From NCBI GenBank assembly GCA_018398765.1, contig JAHBMJ010000355.1:62001-126000 (forward strand): DNA of 64,000 bases, written 5' to 3'. The position numbers and the translations under genes were made by a program. Below are positions 26,020 to 39,085 of the stretch, in pieces. Under the pieces are notes generated by a model. The model saw only the letters and a list, made by a program, of their open reading frames with translations. It was not told the DNA's origin and ran no database searches. The stretch is from Chromera velia. Taxonomy: Eukaryota. Numbering within the stretch: the first letter of the stretch is position 1; each line of letters begins with the position of its first letter.

Positions 26020-29000
26020 CAGACGGACAGACAGACCCTGACGACTCGAAAATCCAAACGGGAGACGATGGCCCGCGCTGCCGCAGCCACCTGGGAGAAA
26101 CCCTCCCTTCCGAGGGACCCGGAGGAATCCAAAAGAAGGACGAGGTCGAGGGGGGTCTCGCAGATCGGGCGCCCAGCAGGGCACTGCTGCTGGTTGCACT
26201 GACGCCACTCGAGTCTGCATAGAGAGATGCACTCCTTGCACCAACAATACACAACGCATGTATTGCCTGCATGAATTCATTCATTCATTCACTTCTAGGG
26301 GTGGAAGAAGAAAGAGGAAGAAAGAAAAGGCAGAAAGAAAAAGAAGGCGCGCAAATTCGCATGTACAGACAAACACCATCGTCGCACAGTCGACATTCAT
26401 CAAATCCTTCAGTGCAGACCAAGAAACAGCTGCAGAAAGAAGAAGCTCAGATCCACAAGGGAGAGAAGAAGAAGAAGAAGAAAAAGAAAAAAGAGGGCAG
26501 AAGAGAACGAACCCCCCAAAGAGAAGTAACTTGTGTCTGAAAGCTCTGCCCCAGCTGACTGCAGTACCCACATGAACCCACCCACCCACGTATCTACCCA
26601 CCCACCTGGGGTTTTGGATTTCGTTTCCGCCCTCCTTCGGGCAATGGCCTCCCGCTGTGGCCGGGCTGGCAACGTTCCGCATTCTTTTCTGCCACCCCCC
26701 CCCACAGGTGAGCCCGCAAGTGTCCCACTGGGTCCACTCCGTCAGCACGCAGTCCCTCGTGCACTTTGCCAGGCGCCTCTCTGCGTGGATGCATGCACAA
26801 AGAAAGAGAGCGCCCTTCAACCAACAATTCAAACATCTATGTACAAAGGAGAGGATCCGCCGCATCGCTTTGGAAGGAAGTGGAGACTCCCTCCAGAAGT
26901 CAAATCAGAGAGGGGGATCCGAGAGGGACAGAGAGGTAGAAAGAGAGAGAGAGAAATGCCGACAGGTGGAAAGGAAGACATTTGAACAAACAAACAGAGT
27001 CCCCACGGACCCACCCAAGTCCAGATTCTCTGATTTCTCTGCAGCATCCATCTTCAATTTCTCCTCCCCCAGCCTGCCCGGACAAGGGGCGGATTCTTTC
27101 AGTTGGGGGCACTCTTCCCCCCCCCTTTTGGGCATCTGGGTCACTCTGCGCGTTCGTGTCCTCATGCCTGCATGAAATTAAGAGGGAGTGTGCACAAACA
27201 AATGCACAGATAAGAGACTGCGGAGACGAAAGAGAATCACACCATTTGTGTGTATCAGCTCTGCTCCTGTTTGCACCACCGCAAATATGCACAGAGACTT
27301 TCACGCGAACTGATAAAGCGTGAAGACCACTGCGGAAACGCACACTGTGCGCATACTACAAACTGCAATATACTTCCCTTCAAGCCGACCACCTCCACCA
27401 AGCAATTCGCAGAGGAAAAAATCGAATCTCAAATCGAACGGAAGCGAGCATTTCTTTTGTCCTCTCCTGAAACACCCTTTCTTTTCTTCTCGTTCATGCT
27501 CTCTCTCATGCCTTCGAACTGCATTTTTGTGGTGAAGCTAGTATCTGTTGTTTCCCGTGCTCTCACAACCCCCTCCCGCCTCCCCGTTTCCAAAAAGACC
27601 GAAAAGAAAGAAAAAAATGAGCGCTCCACAGGAAGGACTGCAGTTCCGTATGTGCAGAATGAATGAATGAGGGAAGCCAACTGACTGACCAGCATCGCAC
27701 TCCGAGTCACACACGGACCACTCTGCCCACTGAGACACACGGCATTCTTGAGGACACGACTTCCTCTTCCGGTTGCACTCCAGTGCCGCACTCAGGACAG
27801 GACACGAGACCGCAGCGATCCCGGAAGGCTCTCCAAGGATGCGGCGGGTCGCAATGATCTTCCCCTTCTCTGGCCCGCAGGTCTGCTTACATGCAGAGAG
27901 AGAAGAATTTAGATAAACACATACACAATGAAACTGAATGCGTGCACAATTCTCTTTCCCGCCGGTCTACATGCAGAGAAAAAAAGAAAAGAGGAGAGAA
28001 AAAAGAAGAGAGATTAAATCAGGGAAACAAAAAAGACGAACAGCGAACTGAAATGAGAAGTCTATGAGAAATACAAAGGCTCATGCATCGAAGGACTAAA
28101 CAGATGAAAAAGATCAAAGCTTGGTGGGAGTTTCACGTCTTGTTTCGTGTTTTTATTCTCTCTTCTCCTCTCTCTGCCCTTCCCATTCCTCTCTGCTTCC
28201 ACGCCTTTCGTTCCCACCCCCTCTTCCTTTTCCATTACTCCTTGCTCCCTTTTTCTGTTTTTTTCCTGCTGTCGCCTTTTCTCTTCCAAATTTATTCGTC
28301 CCCCTCCTACCTGCCTGCCTGCCTGCCTGAGCGCACGTCCGTCAGGTGTTTTGTTTGCTTGCCGGGCTGAATGTATGTATGTATGTATGTATGTCTATGT
28401 GTGTATGTCTATGTGTGTGGCTGACTGTCTGACTGACCTTTGAGCAGGGTGTGAATTCCCACTTCGAGACAGAACAGTCCATGGTGTTCGAGAAGAGACG
28501 CTCCGGGTGATCCCCCTCCCCCCCTCCCCCCTCTTCTTTCGGGTGAACTTCTGCGGCTTTCAGGAGCAGTCTGTTTCGCAAACGCTGGAGGGCAATCATC
28601 TCACGCAACCGCTTCTTCATCCCCCCCTCACACTTTTCACGCAAACCGTCTAGCTTTTTTTGCCTCAAACTCACCCTAGACGCCACCCACCGTGCCCTCC
28701 AGGACTGCAGCTTTCGCTCTAGCTCGGCAGACTTGGCCTCTTTCCGTGCGTGTGCCAACGTTTCTTTCCACAGTTTCTCTTGTTCCCCTCTCCTTTCTGC
28801 GTCTGCATCGCATCTGTTTTCCATTCTGTGTCTCTCCAGACGGTGGAGAAGGATGTCCCTCTTGACCTCCGACGCCAAAGAAATCAACGCCTCGTAGATC
28901 TGAGGACAAGAAGCCACTCGGCCAGACTTTGAGGTCTTGCAGGATCGAGGAGAGAACTTCACCCCCCCACCCGAATCTACCCCTCCAATCTCTGATCCCC

Positions 29001-31406
29001 CCCCGACAGCAGAAATCGAAGCTGCGTCCTCATCCCCCAGCCTGGAGGAGTCAGACACCACTTTCGGCTTGCGGAGGCCCACAATTCCCCCCTCGCTCTC
29101 TTCTTCCTCCTCCTCCTCTTCAGATTCCCCCCCCCCGTCTCCGTCTCCGGGGCCGTCCAATACAGAGAAGGCGACTGATCCCGGGGATTCCAGACGACCG
29201 CACTCGAGGAACGTGATGGTGGGCGTGGAGGAGACAGAAGAGGGGCCTGGGAAGTGTGCGTGCGTCACCAGACTCGAGGTGACGTTCAAGGAAGGGTGAT
29301 TGTTCGTTTCGCTGCTGCTGGTTTGGTCAGGGGAATGGGGGGGATGGGAGAGGACGAGAGGACCTTTGAGGCGTCGGCTGACTGACTTCTCTGCCTCATG
29401 TAACGAGGCAATCACCCCCTCCAATTCCGAACTTCGGGTGTGGGCCCTAGCCTGGAGTACGCCCTGTTTTGCGAAGTCGGGAGGGAGCACGAGGGGGTGT
29501 GCCTCTGCCTCCTCCTCCATCTCCTCGGGGTCTGCCGTGAGGGACAAAATGGACCTAGAGTTCAACAGCTTTCTCACGTGGTTGCCCCTCCCCGGGTGTC
29601 TGTTGAGGAAACAAGTAGAGGACTTGAGGGCTTTCACCACAACCTCAAAGTCCTTCTGCATGATCCCCTCCACTTTGTCTAATTCGTCCAGAGAGGCCTC
29701 ACACCTTTCTTTCTGAATGACCGACTCTGCCTTCATCTTCTCAAGCAAGTTGCTGCTGGCGGTGGCACGGGAGTTCCATTGAACGAAGTCGGAGATCAGG
29801 GTCTCCAGGTGTGCCTGGATTTGGTTTTGTTCTTTTTTGGACTTGTCAAACCTCCGTCGGGTGCCCTGGAGGTCTTCGTGGCACTGGAACGTCAGGGAGT
29901 CTGCACGGCAGGGAAGGGAAGGGAAAGAAAGGGAGGAGAGGAGAAAAAGAAAGCAAAGAAAGAGGGAAGGAAGGAAAACGCACCGATTGAAATGCATACA
30001 CGCTCACGCAAGCGCGCGCGCACACACACACAGGTGCTAGGAAAAAGAGAAAGAGAAAGTGAGACAGACGTCAACAAGAGGTGTGCAAGGGAACGGAACT
30101 CTCCAAACCCATCTATGTGAGATGTACTCGGAAGGAAGGAAGGATGGAGGAGTTCTTATTAATACAACTTTTTCGTAGACATGTTCTGAAATCTGTGTGA
30201 TTTGTCTGTCAGTTTTTTCGCTCCCCGAATTCCTCTCTGCTTGTATCACAAACATTTTTTCTTGCCAGTCTGATCTGAAACGGTTTTGCGTCGTTTCTCT
30301 TTTTTGTTGGATTTTCTTTCATCCAATCCACCCCTGCCCCCCCCCCAAAACGAAGAAAACCGACAGGCAGGCAGACCTGCACTTGCGATCATTCCGATCT
30401 GGTGTCTTTTCAGGACTGAGAGCACTTCCACAGGAGTGCTTGGGTGGGCGTGGTCAGAAGAAGCGTACGTGTAGAGGTCTCTGATGTCCTTTGGGACTTC
30501 TTTCAACACCTGGGCTTCAGAAAGCGCGACCATCTCCTGCCTGAGACTGTCGAAGCTGTCCTCATCCACGAAGACTCCTGAAAGGAAAGAATGTTGTCAG
30601 AATGAACTTAGGCAGTGAGTGAGTGTTTCTGCTTGGTGTTTTTCTGCATGTCGTTTGTCTGTTTTTGTCTGCATGTTCATTTCTTCACGACTCGAGCTCT
30701 AAGTTTTGGTCAACGCTGACATACAAAGAAAGAAGCGTCTCTCGTTAAGACAGAGTGCTCACTCATCGACTCTTCTCTTCTTTCATCAACAGGAAGGCAG
30801 ACAGGCGGCAGAGGAGGAAAGAGACAAACAAGCGTTGGGGGGGGGGGAGGGCGGCGGAGGGAAGGAGTGAGAAAAAGAAAGAGAGACAGACAGGTGCAGG
30901 CGAGGGTCTCCGTGTCAGGGGCACCGGGTGGGAGTGTGACATTCTTTCTTTTCTTTTTTTGTTCCTTCCACCTTTCCACCGAGAGCATGGGACACCGCCC
31001 GTCACTTTGTGCCGGTCCTCCCCCCGATTGATCTATTTCGTTTTCCTGACACACTCAATCAATCATTTGTGAACAGTGAAAGGAAAGAGGGGGGGGGGGA
31101 CACCCACATCAACCCTGCGCAATGAATATAAGCGCCAGCCAGTACAAGAAAGAATGTGCATACGTATCTCCAGACAACACTCTTGACGTCAAGGCACTCA
31201 CCTGCAATGTTGGAGAGCATCTGTATCCCTCTGGCGCTGTTCTCCGCCTGTCCTTCCCTCTCCTCGTGGTTCAGTTCGTTGGCCTCCGTCCTCTCGACGA
31301 GGGTGCAGCACAGAGAGAACAAAAAGAAGAGGAGAGGCAACACACAGTGTCCCCCTCCCCTCCCCACGGAGAGGGGAGAGATGGACCTCTTCGAGAAGAC
31401 CATCAT
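24928..31406 (-). CDS. Predicted secreted adhesin-like protein: signal peptide, coiled-coil region, three thrombospondin type-1 (F-spondin-type) repeats and a C-terminal vWA domain; no TM segment seen; about 1044 aa, 9 exons
   Basis: Exons 31406-31202, 30577-30377, 29900-28438, 27882-27690, 27167-27015, 26780-26606, 26214-26037, 25835-25338 and 24996-24928, phases consistent. Hydrophobic N-terminus CVLPLLFFLFSLCCTLV. TSRs: DCSVSKWEFTPCSKTCG..TRRI, ECRVSQWAEWSVCDSECDAGMRTRTRRV, DCVLTEWTQWDTCGLTCGGGWQKRMR. vWA: DLVLLLDSSGS, VSLITFS, ATAHAL, VVLLVTDS. Confidence 0.85.
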
Positions 31407-32283
31407 GATTCCTTCCTTCCTTCCTTCTTAATTGGCCGTCTCCGTCTCTCCCTCCTCTTTAAATCGGCTTCCAGGAAGAAAGCTCGACCGAGAAGCGAAG
31501 GGAAGCGTCACCTTCTCAGTATACGTTGACTCATCTCAGAATTCCCCCTCCTCCTCTCGTGTCTTCCTTCCCCGCTTCCTCCAAGAAATCAAAGAAGATA
31601 TTTAGACCTGCAGAGCTTTTGATCCGGCCTAGCTGTCACCAGCTGTTTCCGATGCAGGCCGAGGAGGGAAAGCGAAACCGGACTACAGCTCCAGATCCAT
31701 TCTCAAATTCATTTAATGAGCCCCTGGCTTATCCTTCTCCACCCACACTGACACTGCCAAGCTCCCGCGCATCCTTTGCATGGCGTAAGTTCGGAACATC
31801 GAGAAGGACTCGCGGTGTGGCTCATCATGGCTCAAAACTGCATGGATCTGCATGCATCTTCGGAGGACTCGATCGATCGATGCATGCTGCATCATGCATG
31901 CTGCCAGTATGCCAAAATTTTTTGGGATTTTGTCCGCGGCGCGCGCTCGCACGTTTTGCCGTCTACGCGTACGCAGTATCTGACAGTCAGACTGAACGTC
32001 TGTCTGTGCTGTGTATGGAAGCGCGAGACCACGCGAGCCATCGCGAGCCCGCGTGTTGGACCAAAGGTGGGGGTTGAGTGAAACCGCCACACCGCCACAA
32101 CTCAGCCTCAAGAATTAAACGAAGATCAAGAACAGGACACAGCACGTCCAAGAGCCATCAGAGGAGAAGAACGGAATAAACCAAGGAAGTGGTGGGCAGG
32201 AGAGAGGAAGTGAAGAGAGGACCTTGGGAGGCGACCAGAGAGAGTGGGGGAAGGGAGGGGAGAAGAAAGGAAAACAAAACTTG

Positions 32284-33149
32284 ATGGGAAGACGGGTCCG
32301 CTGCTGCCCCCTCCATTCTCCCTTTCTGTTGTTGCCCCGTCTCTCACTTCCTCGTTTCTTCCCGTATCTGTTTGTTGGTCTGTTGGTCACCTGGTTGATC
32401 CTGCAGCTTCTGTTTCTGTTCTTCTTTCTGAAGATGCCGAGCTGTCCTCCGAGAGGTCCCCGAGGGGGGGAGACGGCTCTTGACCTTGGTTGGATGGAGG
32501 GGAGGGACTCCCGATCACTGACAGGAAGGGACAAAGGAAGAGGGGGAACAGGAACAGAAACCTCAGATCCTTTCGATCCAGAAAGAGGAGGGGGACTTGT
32601 GCCGAACTACTCGGACGGCTTGGCTGGGACACCCCACACTGTCACGCAGGTTTTGTTGGGGATTTTCTGCAGGAACAAGGACAGGTACGACCGGGTTGTT
32701 CAGCGTTTGGCACTCGAGGGAGGGGTCGAAGAGGCCCTGAGAATTCATAGAGTTAACATCACAGTCAGATTTGTCATAGGGGAAAACTCGACTGAGCTTT
32801 GGGATGAGCATCAAAAGTACGGTGACATTTTGGTTTTGAACATCCAAGAGAATATGGACGAGGGCAAAACTTTCGACTGGTTCCACGCAGCAACACGACA
32901 AAACGACCTGAGCCCCCCGCCTGATCTGATCGCCAAAATGGATACCGACGTCCTTCTTTTCGTTCCTGAATTTGCCAAAGACGTTGCCAGTCTCCCCAAG
33001 CACGACTTGGTCTACTGGGGTCGGAAGAACGATTGGGAGACCTGCTGGGGGTGGAAGTGGCCCTGGTGCCCTCCGAAGACGTGCACGGACTTTGCGGGTG
33101 CGTCGGTCGGTCGGTCGGCTGGTCGAGCTGGTGCGTATATGTGTAGATG

Positions 33150-33192
<43 letters not shown>

Positions 33193-33217
33193 GAGGGGCG
33201 GGGGGGAAGCTCCCCCT

Positions 33218-33286
<69 letters not shown>

Positions 33287-34521
33287 CATGGACCGTATGT
33301 ATGAATTAAAGAAAGAAAACGAGAAAGATTTGAATGTTCCTGCATGAATCCCCTGCCGGGAGGTCTTTTGCTCATTTTTTTGCAATTTCGCGTCCAATGT
33401 AGACAGAATGGTGTGTGTACGTGGACACATACGTATCTGTACTTACATCTACTCACTCACTCACTACCGGAATCTCCCACCGTTCTGCTTCATGCGTGAG
33501 CGAACAAAAGCACAACCAGAGAAGGACAAGCACTGCGAAGAGAGTCGGACACGTGTGTGCGTATGTACGTATGTATGTATGCATGCGAGGGTGCACAGCG
33601 AAGAGAGTCGGACACGTGTGTGTGTGTGTGTGTATGTACGTATGTGTGTATGTATGTATGCATGCAGGGGTACACTGCGAAGATAGTCCCAAGGGTCGGC
33701 TGTGCGAGGAGTGCTGGATCTACATGAGTGGAGGAATGTACATGCTGAGCTTTCGGATGGCAAGGCTGTTGGACGACTGCGAGGCCTGCAAAGCGTGGAG
33801 GAAATACACTGAAGACATGGCCATGGGTGAGTCAGTCAGCCAGCCAGTCAATCAATCAACGAGTGAGCCAGCCGGGCAGTCACTCAGCCAGCCAGCCAGC
33901 CAGCCAGGCAGATGAACAGTCAGACAGACAGACAGACAGACAGCGAGGCAGATGAACAGTCAGACAGACAGACAGACAGACAGCGAGGCAGATGAACAGT
34001 CAGACAGACAGACAGATAGATAGATAGACAGACAGAAGTCAGTCGGTCCCTTAATTCGTCATTCAGGTCAGGGGAAGAACGGAGAACAAAATGTTCCTTG
34101 AGAGCTTGCGGATAGCACGGAAGGAAATGGATGTGCGTGAGAATATTCGTTTGTATTCTAATTTTTGTTTTTCCTTTCCGCTTTCTTTGATCCTTCCGTT
34201 TTTTCTTTCTTTCCTTCTTTCTCTCTTTCTTTCTTTGTTTCTTTCTTTTATTTTCTTTTCTTTTCTTTTCTTTTCTTTCTTTCTTTCTTTCTTTCTTTCT
34301 GAAATTCCTCCTTTCCCTACCTTCCTTCCCTCCCTTCAGGACACTCTTTGAACGCAACTCTGAGGGAACACAACCTTGTGGAGCACGCAAAGCTCTTCCA
34401 TCGAGAAAACGGAGACTTGTTTCTTCACAACGACCAGCTGAAAGGCCAAAACGCCCTGTTGATAGTGCATGAATATTTTAAATTCGGTACAATTCCCAAA
34501 AACTTAAGTGTCATAAAGTGA
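32284..34521 (+). CDS. GT31-family (beta-1,3-galactosyltransferase-like) type II membrane glycosyltransferase, about 384 aa, 3 exons
   Basis: Exons 32284-33097, 33668-33826 and 34340-34521 (TGA), phases 1/1. N-terminal TM YLFVGLLVTWLILQLLFLFFFL. Motifs VRFVIG, EHQKYGDILVL, ENMDEGKTFDWF, AKMDTD (DxD), YWGR, YMSGGMYMLS, EDMAMG. Confidence 0.88.
33908..34015. repeat. Intronic ~40-bp minisatellite (ggcagatgaacagtcagacagacagacagacagacagcga, about 2.6 copies)
   Basis: Direct repeats visible in intron 2 of the GT31 gene. Confidence 0.7.
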
Positions 34522-35106
34522 CGAAACGGACAAAACGTGAATGTGACATATAATTTAAAATGAAACACAATAAATGGGCCGCAGCGTATTTACTGATGTA
34601 TTATTTTCGAATATTCATTATAGAACAAAAAAAATATTAGTTAAGCCTGAGATTGTTTGTAATTTATTACTCCAGTGAGTCCAGTCGTTCCTCGGGCTAG
34701 TCTAGGGGAATCTAGGGTAATCTAGGGGCTGGTCGTCAACTTAATTACTTATCATAATCATTATAGTATCATGTCGTATTGCGATAATTTAAAGTTACCA
34801 GCTTCTTGTAATAAACTATGCATTACATACTTAAATACTTAATACTTAATTGTGGTTAAGCCTAGGGTCTCTGAAACCAGAGATAAATGGCAACCCATGC
34901 ATGCAGTTGTAAACAAAAAGAGCAAACCGCTGCAGCTTAGCCAGCTGAGCCTGCTGTAAACATACCTGCATTGCCTGCATTAGTTAAAATTTAAAGTTAC
35001 TTAAAGCGCAAACTAATAGCTAGCAGTTAGCTAAACACTACTAGTACTAATATTAGTAGTCTAGTAAATATTAGACATAGAGTAATAGACGTATGATGAT
35101 GATGAT

Positions 35107-36010
35107 CGTCTATAGGTCGAAATGAAGATAGAATAGTGGAATAGTCCAATAGTACTAGCCCTGACTAGGAATAGTTGGAATAGGCTATTCCATCATATAG
35201 AATAGTTAGAATATTTAACTATTCCACCATTCAACTATTCCACTATTCTACCATGACATCAACGTTGAGAGAATAGGTGAAAAAATCCACTATTCCACTA
35301 TTCTGCTCACTCACCATTCCACTATTCCACTATTCTTCAGCTAAAAGAATCGAGTCAGACAGTCGACTCAGACTCAAATAAACAGGAAGGAAAAGATCAG
35401 AGTGAATGTCACACACTGAATGAAACCTCCCCCTCCTCTTCTTCCTGGGCCGCCTCTTCCTCCTCACTTTCCTCCTCCCCTCCCTCTTGAGCCTGAGAAA
35501 CAGCCTGAGGTTGCTTCTCCAGAATAATACTCATATGACCGAGGCAGTCCTTGATAAAATATTTGGGCTCTATGAAAGGAGAGACCAACAAAAAAGAGAT
35601 GAGGTTCTCCTCCTTCATCTCCCTGATGACCTTCTGTTGCTTTACCATGCTCATGGTCAAAACCTCCTTCTGTGCTAACTTTGCGGCCCCCCCCCAGTAA
35701 AATTTAATCAGAGGAACGTAATACTACTATGTGTATGATCGTTCACGGAGGAGGGACGGTAAGAACGTGCCATCTCTTTGGAGAACCGATTTGAGACAGG
35801 CGAGAAAGAAGCAGACTTCAAAGATAAAAAAAACTGAAATTCTTTTCAAAAACGTTTTAAATGGTTTTTAAATGATACTAGATATTTTTAACATGTTTTT
35901 AAAAATTTTGGTACTATTTTTTTTTTAAATCATTCCCTAGTGGAATAGTTGGAATAGTGGACTATTCCCACTATTCTGACTAGTCATCCTCCCCACCCGA
36001 CCCATAGACG
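35107..36010. mobile_element. Non-autonomous TIR element (904 bp) inserted in an (ATG)n microsatellite, with many subterminal GAATAGTGG/CCACTATTC motifs and an internal acidic ORF fragment (35409-35660, minus strand)
   Basis: Left end cgtctataggtcg, right end cgacccatagacg (12 of 13 inverted match); flanked by atgatgatgatgat and atgataataatgat; subterminal motif repeated in both orientations near both ends. Confidence 0.6.
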
Positions 36011-36191
36011 ATGATAATAATGATATTTACTAAGCCCGGTAGCCATCGTATCCCAATGGCAGAGGGTAGCTAACAGGGAAGCAGAAGGCAGAGGGCCCTA
36101 TTTATATACAGGGAAACTACTACTTTAGCTAATTTCAACAGCAGCTTAATTAAACAGCTTCATCTGGTTAGTTATAAAAACCGAGCCTACC

Positions 36192-36678
36192 TAGTGACCA
36201 GATTTGATTTGATTTAATTTGATTTGATTTGAAGTAGAGCTTAACCTCAAATCAAATCTTAGGCCTGAGAAACTTTAGCATGATAGGGCTTATCAAATCC
36301 TATCAAATTTACTTCAAATCTGACCCTTTAACCTCAAATCTCTAGGATAACTCAAGTCTTAAATTAAGATGACTCTCTAGAATAACTCTAAGATAAAAAC
36401 TTATGTAATTAAGCTCTTAGCTTTGACAATAGCTCATTAATTTTGAGAGTCTTAATTGAGCTTTTAGTCTAGTTTTTAGTGATTTTCTTGTCTCTAGGGC
36501 TTTCTAGGCCTGGCTAGTGGTATCGACTGTGTCATATCGTCTTCAGTGCTATCAAGAGTGACCTCTAGACTTCAACCTCAAATCTACTTCAAATGTGGTC
36601 AGATTTGAGCTTGAAGCTCAAATCAAATCAAATCAAATTAAATCAAATCAAATCCTATCAAATCAAATCTGGTCACTA
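36192..36678. mobile_element. hAT-like MITE (487 bp), TAGTG termini, subterminal (GATTT)n arrays
   Basis: TIR tagtgaccagatttgatttg / caaatcaaatctggtcacta; flanks agcctacc / agtctgcc (8-bp TSD with 2 transitions). Confidence 0.75.
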
Positions 36679-36938
36679 AGTCTGCCATAGTGCATGTAAG
36701 TGTACAACAATATGATACAGCCTAAGACTCCCTGAATAAAAAAGTCTGGGATCAAATAATACGCATGCATAGTCACTGTCATGATCTCAGTAAAGCTGAG
36801 CTGCCCCCTGAGTACCCCCGAGGTGATAGGGACTGCTTGCACATGCTTTTTGGGCCGTGGCCAGGGCGCTATACCATGCATGCTACCATACAGCCCTGTA
36901 TAGCTACATGAGGGGGGCCGCGGGAAGGAACCTACATG

Positions 36939-37170
36939 CTAGGCGCCGCACATAAAAAAAAAAGAAAAAAAAACTAGGCCTCCCCAACTTTTTTTTTTTT
37001 TAAAGGTTAAAAGTCATGTCTATATCCTATGTAGAAAAGTAAGTTTGAGTGCTAGTTTGAGTGTCGAAAGAGATTTTTTTCCTTTTGGAGGCACTTGAAA
37101 AAAAAAAAATAAAAAAAAATAAAAAAAAAAAGGCCTCTCTAACTTTTTTTTTTCCTATGTGCGCGCTTAG
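36939..37170. mobile_element. CTAGGCG-end MITE (232 bp), 8-bp TSD
   Basis: Ends ctaggcgccgcacata / tatgtgcgcgcttag (imperfect); flanks cctacatg / cctgcatg. Confidence 0.65.
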
Positions 37171-37279
37171 CCTGCATGCATGGGCATGCCGGGGCCGCGT
37201 ATGCAGGCATGCATGCTACGCCCTTTATTGCAGATTGAAGCAATTAAGACGCATGTTCTGGCCCAACACAGGACCAGAG

Positions 37280-37514
37280 CTAGGCGACGCACAGTGATAA
37301 AAAAAAAAGAAAAAGAAAATCCCAAGAAGCCTAATTTTTATTATTTTTTTTTTTATTTCAAGTGTCAAACATATAATAAAAACATATCTATAATTACAAA
37401 ACCTACCTTTGGTAAGTTTGTTTGGACTTTTGACCACCAGACTAAAAAAAAAAAAGAAAAAAATAAATCTTGACATGTCTATTCTTTTTTTTTTTACCAC
37501 TGTGCGTCGCCTAG
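37280..37514. mobile_element. CTAGGCG-end MITE (235 bp), perfect 8-bp TSD GACCAGAG
   Basis: TIR ctaggcgacgcacagtg / cactgtgcgtcgcctag; gaccagag at 37272-37279 and 37515-37522. Confidence 0.85.
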
Positions 37515-38188
37515 GACCAGAGACACACGTGTGTACGAAGGCATGCATGCACAAGTTTGGACACGCCCTGGCCTTGAGGGCTATGGGCCCGTGGCGCATA
37601 GATCGAGGGCGCGCTGAAAGCGCACTGTTCAGGTTTGTGAGAAGACTAAGGGGGGAAAGGCATACGGACGCTCTGAATGTTTTGTGTCGGATTAAATGAT
37701 CAGAGTGCACCGAATGCATCCTGCCAGGCCATCACAGGAAGACTCTCTGGAAGAGCAACTTAGGAAACAAAAGGCTTACATGATGATAAAAAAAAAAAGA
37801 TTAAAAGACTTAGGAGTCAAGTTAGGATGTCTGTTACGTTATCCAGCTGCGATTTCAGCGTCATCTCCGCTAATCTGCGCACACAATACGTATATCTGAC
37901 GCACTTCATGTGAATAACCCGAAAACTTTAAGCGAAATTAACTTTAGATTCAGAAACATTCAAGTTTTATGAAGTACTAGGTTAAGTGTCTTCTCAGCAC
38001 TATTTCCGGGATATCCGACTGCGTACGTGCATCGATCAGTTTTTTAATCAAAGATTCACCACGTTTGCCATACGCGCATATACGCGCTCTCCGACCCCAA
38101 GTTTTTGTTTCCGGTCCATAGCAATATATGAGAAAATACGTGGACAACTATATTGTGGGAAACGCTGGCTGCCGGGTTTAATCAAACT

Positions 38189-38400
38189 CTAGGCGCCGGC
38201 TAGAGAAAAAAAAAAAGTAGACGATCTCGGGAGACTTTTTTTTTTTAATTTTTTGACCCTGAATAACACTTAACAACAGTTATGCAACACATAAACAACA
38301 TTTATACAACAGTTGAACAACAGTTGTTTGACTGAAAAAGAAAAAAAAAAAAGTAGACGATCTAGGGAGATCTTTTTTTTTTCCTCTAGCCGGCGCCTAG
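38189..38400. mobile_element. CTAGGCG-end MITE (212 bp), 8-bp TSD
   Basis: TIR ctaggcgccggctagag / ctctagccggcgcctag; flanks atcaaact / gtcaaact; internal direct repeat (a)ngtagacgatct.gggaga. Confidence 0.8.
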
Positions 38401-38563
38401 GTCAAACTCATCATCATCATCATTTTTAAACTTCTAAAATTTTAGATCCAAAGATTCCAAACTTTAAATAGTTCCAAAAATAGTTAGGCCGGTCCAACGC
38501 CGGGCCAACCGGTTGTTCTATAGTATTTTGCACTATTTAAATTTAATTGCACCCACCAAAAAG

Positions 38564-39085
38564 TACACCAATCCTATAGGGTTACACAATCACTTTTTTA
38601 AAAATGTTTTGTTACACATTGTTTTGTTACGTATTTTAATAGAATTTTGATAAATGAATTAGTAAACACTTTAGTGTGCAGTGATTCAAACCATCACTTT
38701 TAGGAATGCATTAAGTATACACTTTAGTGTGCATTAATTCAAACTATTACTTTTAGGAATACATTATTACACACTTTAGTGTGTATTAATTCCACGTTTC
38801 ATCTTTGTCTTCTTCTTCTTCTTCTTTTTCAAGACGGTTTGAGGATACAGTACCTGCTTGTGGAGCAATGGTGTCGTCAGCAAACCGGTAGGGAGAACTT
38901 TTGGGCACTGAAGACAGGGGTAAAAAAAGAGCAGAAACGGGAGCAGGGAGGGTGCCATGAGAGAGACGGTGGATTTGTCTAGAATTATTGCACACTAATT
39001 GTTACACACTTTTATGTGTAACAAGGGGGGGGTCAAGGGTAATTGTTACACATTTAACTTTGTGTAACACTACAGAATTGGTGTA
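38564..39085. mobile_element. MITE (522 bp) with ~25-bp TIRs and perfect 8-bp TSD CCAAAAAG; GC-richer internal fragment
   Basis: tacaccaatcctatagggttacaca / tgtgtaacactacagaattggtgta; ccaaaaag at 38556-38563 and 39086-39093; subterminal ttacac/gtgt motifs. Confidence 0.8.
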
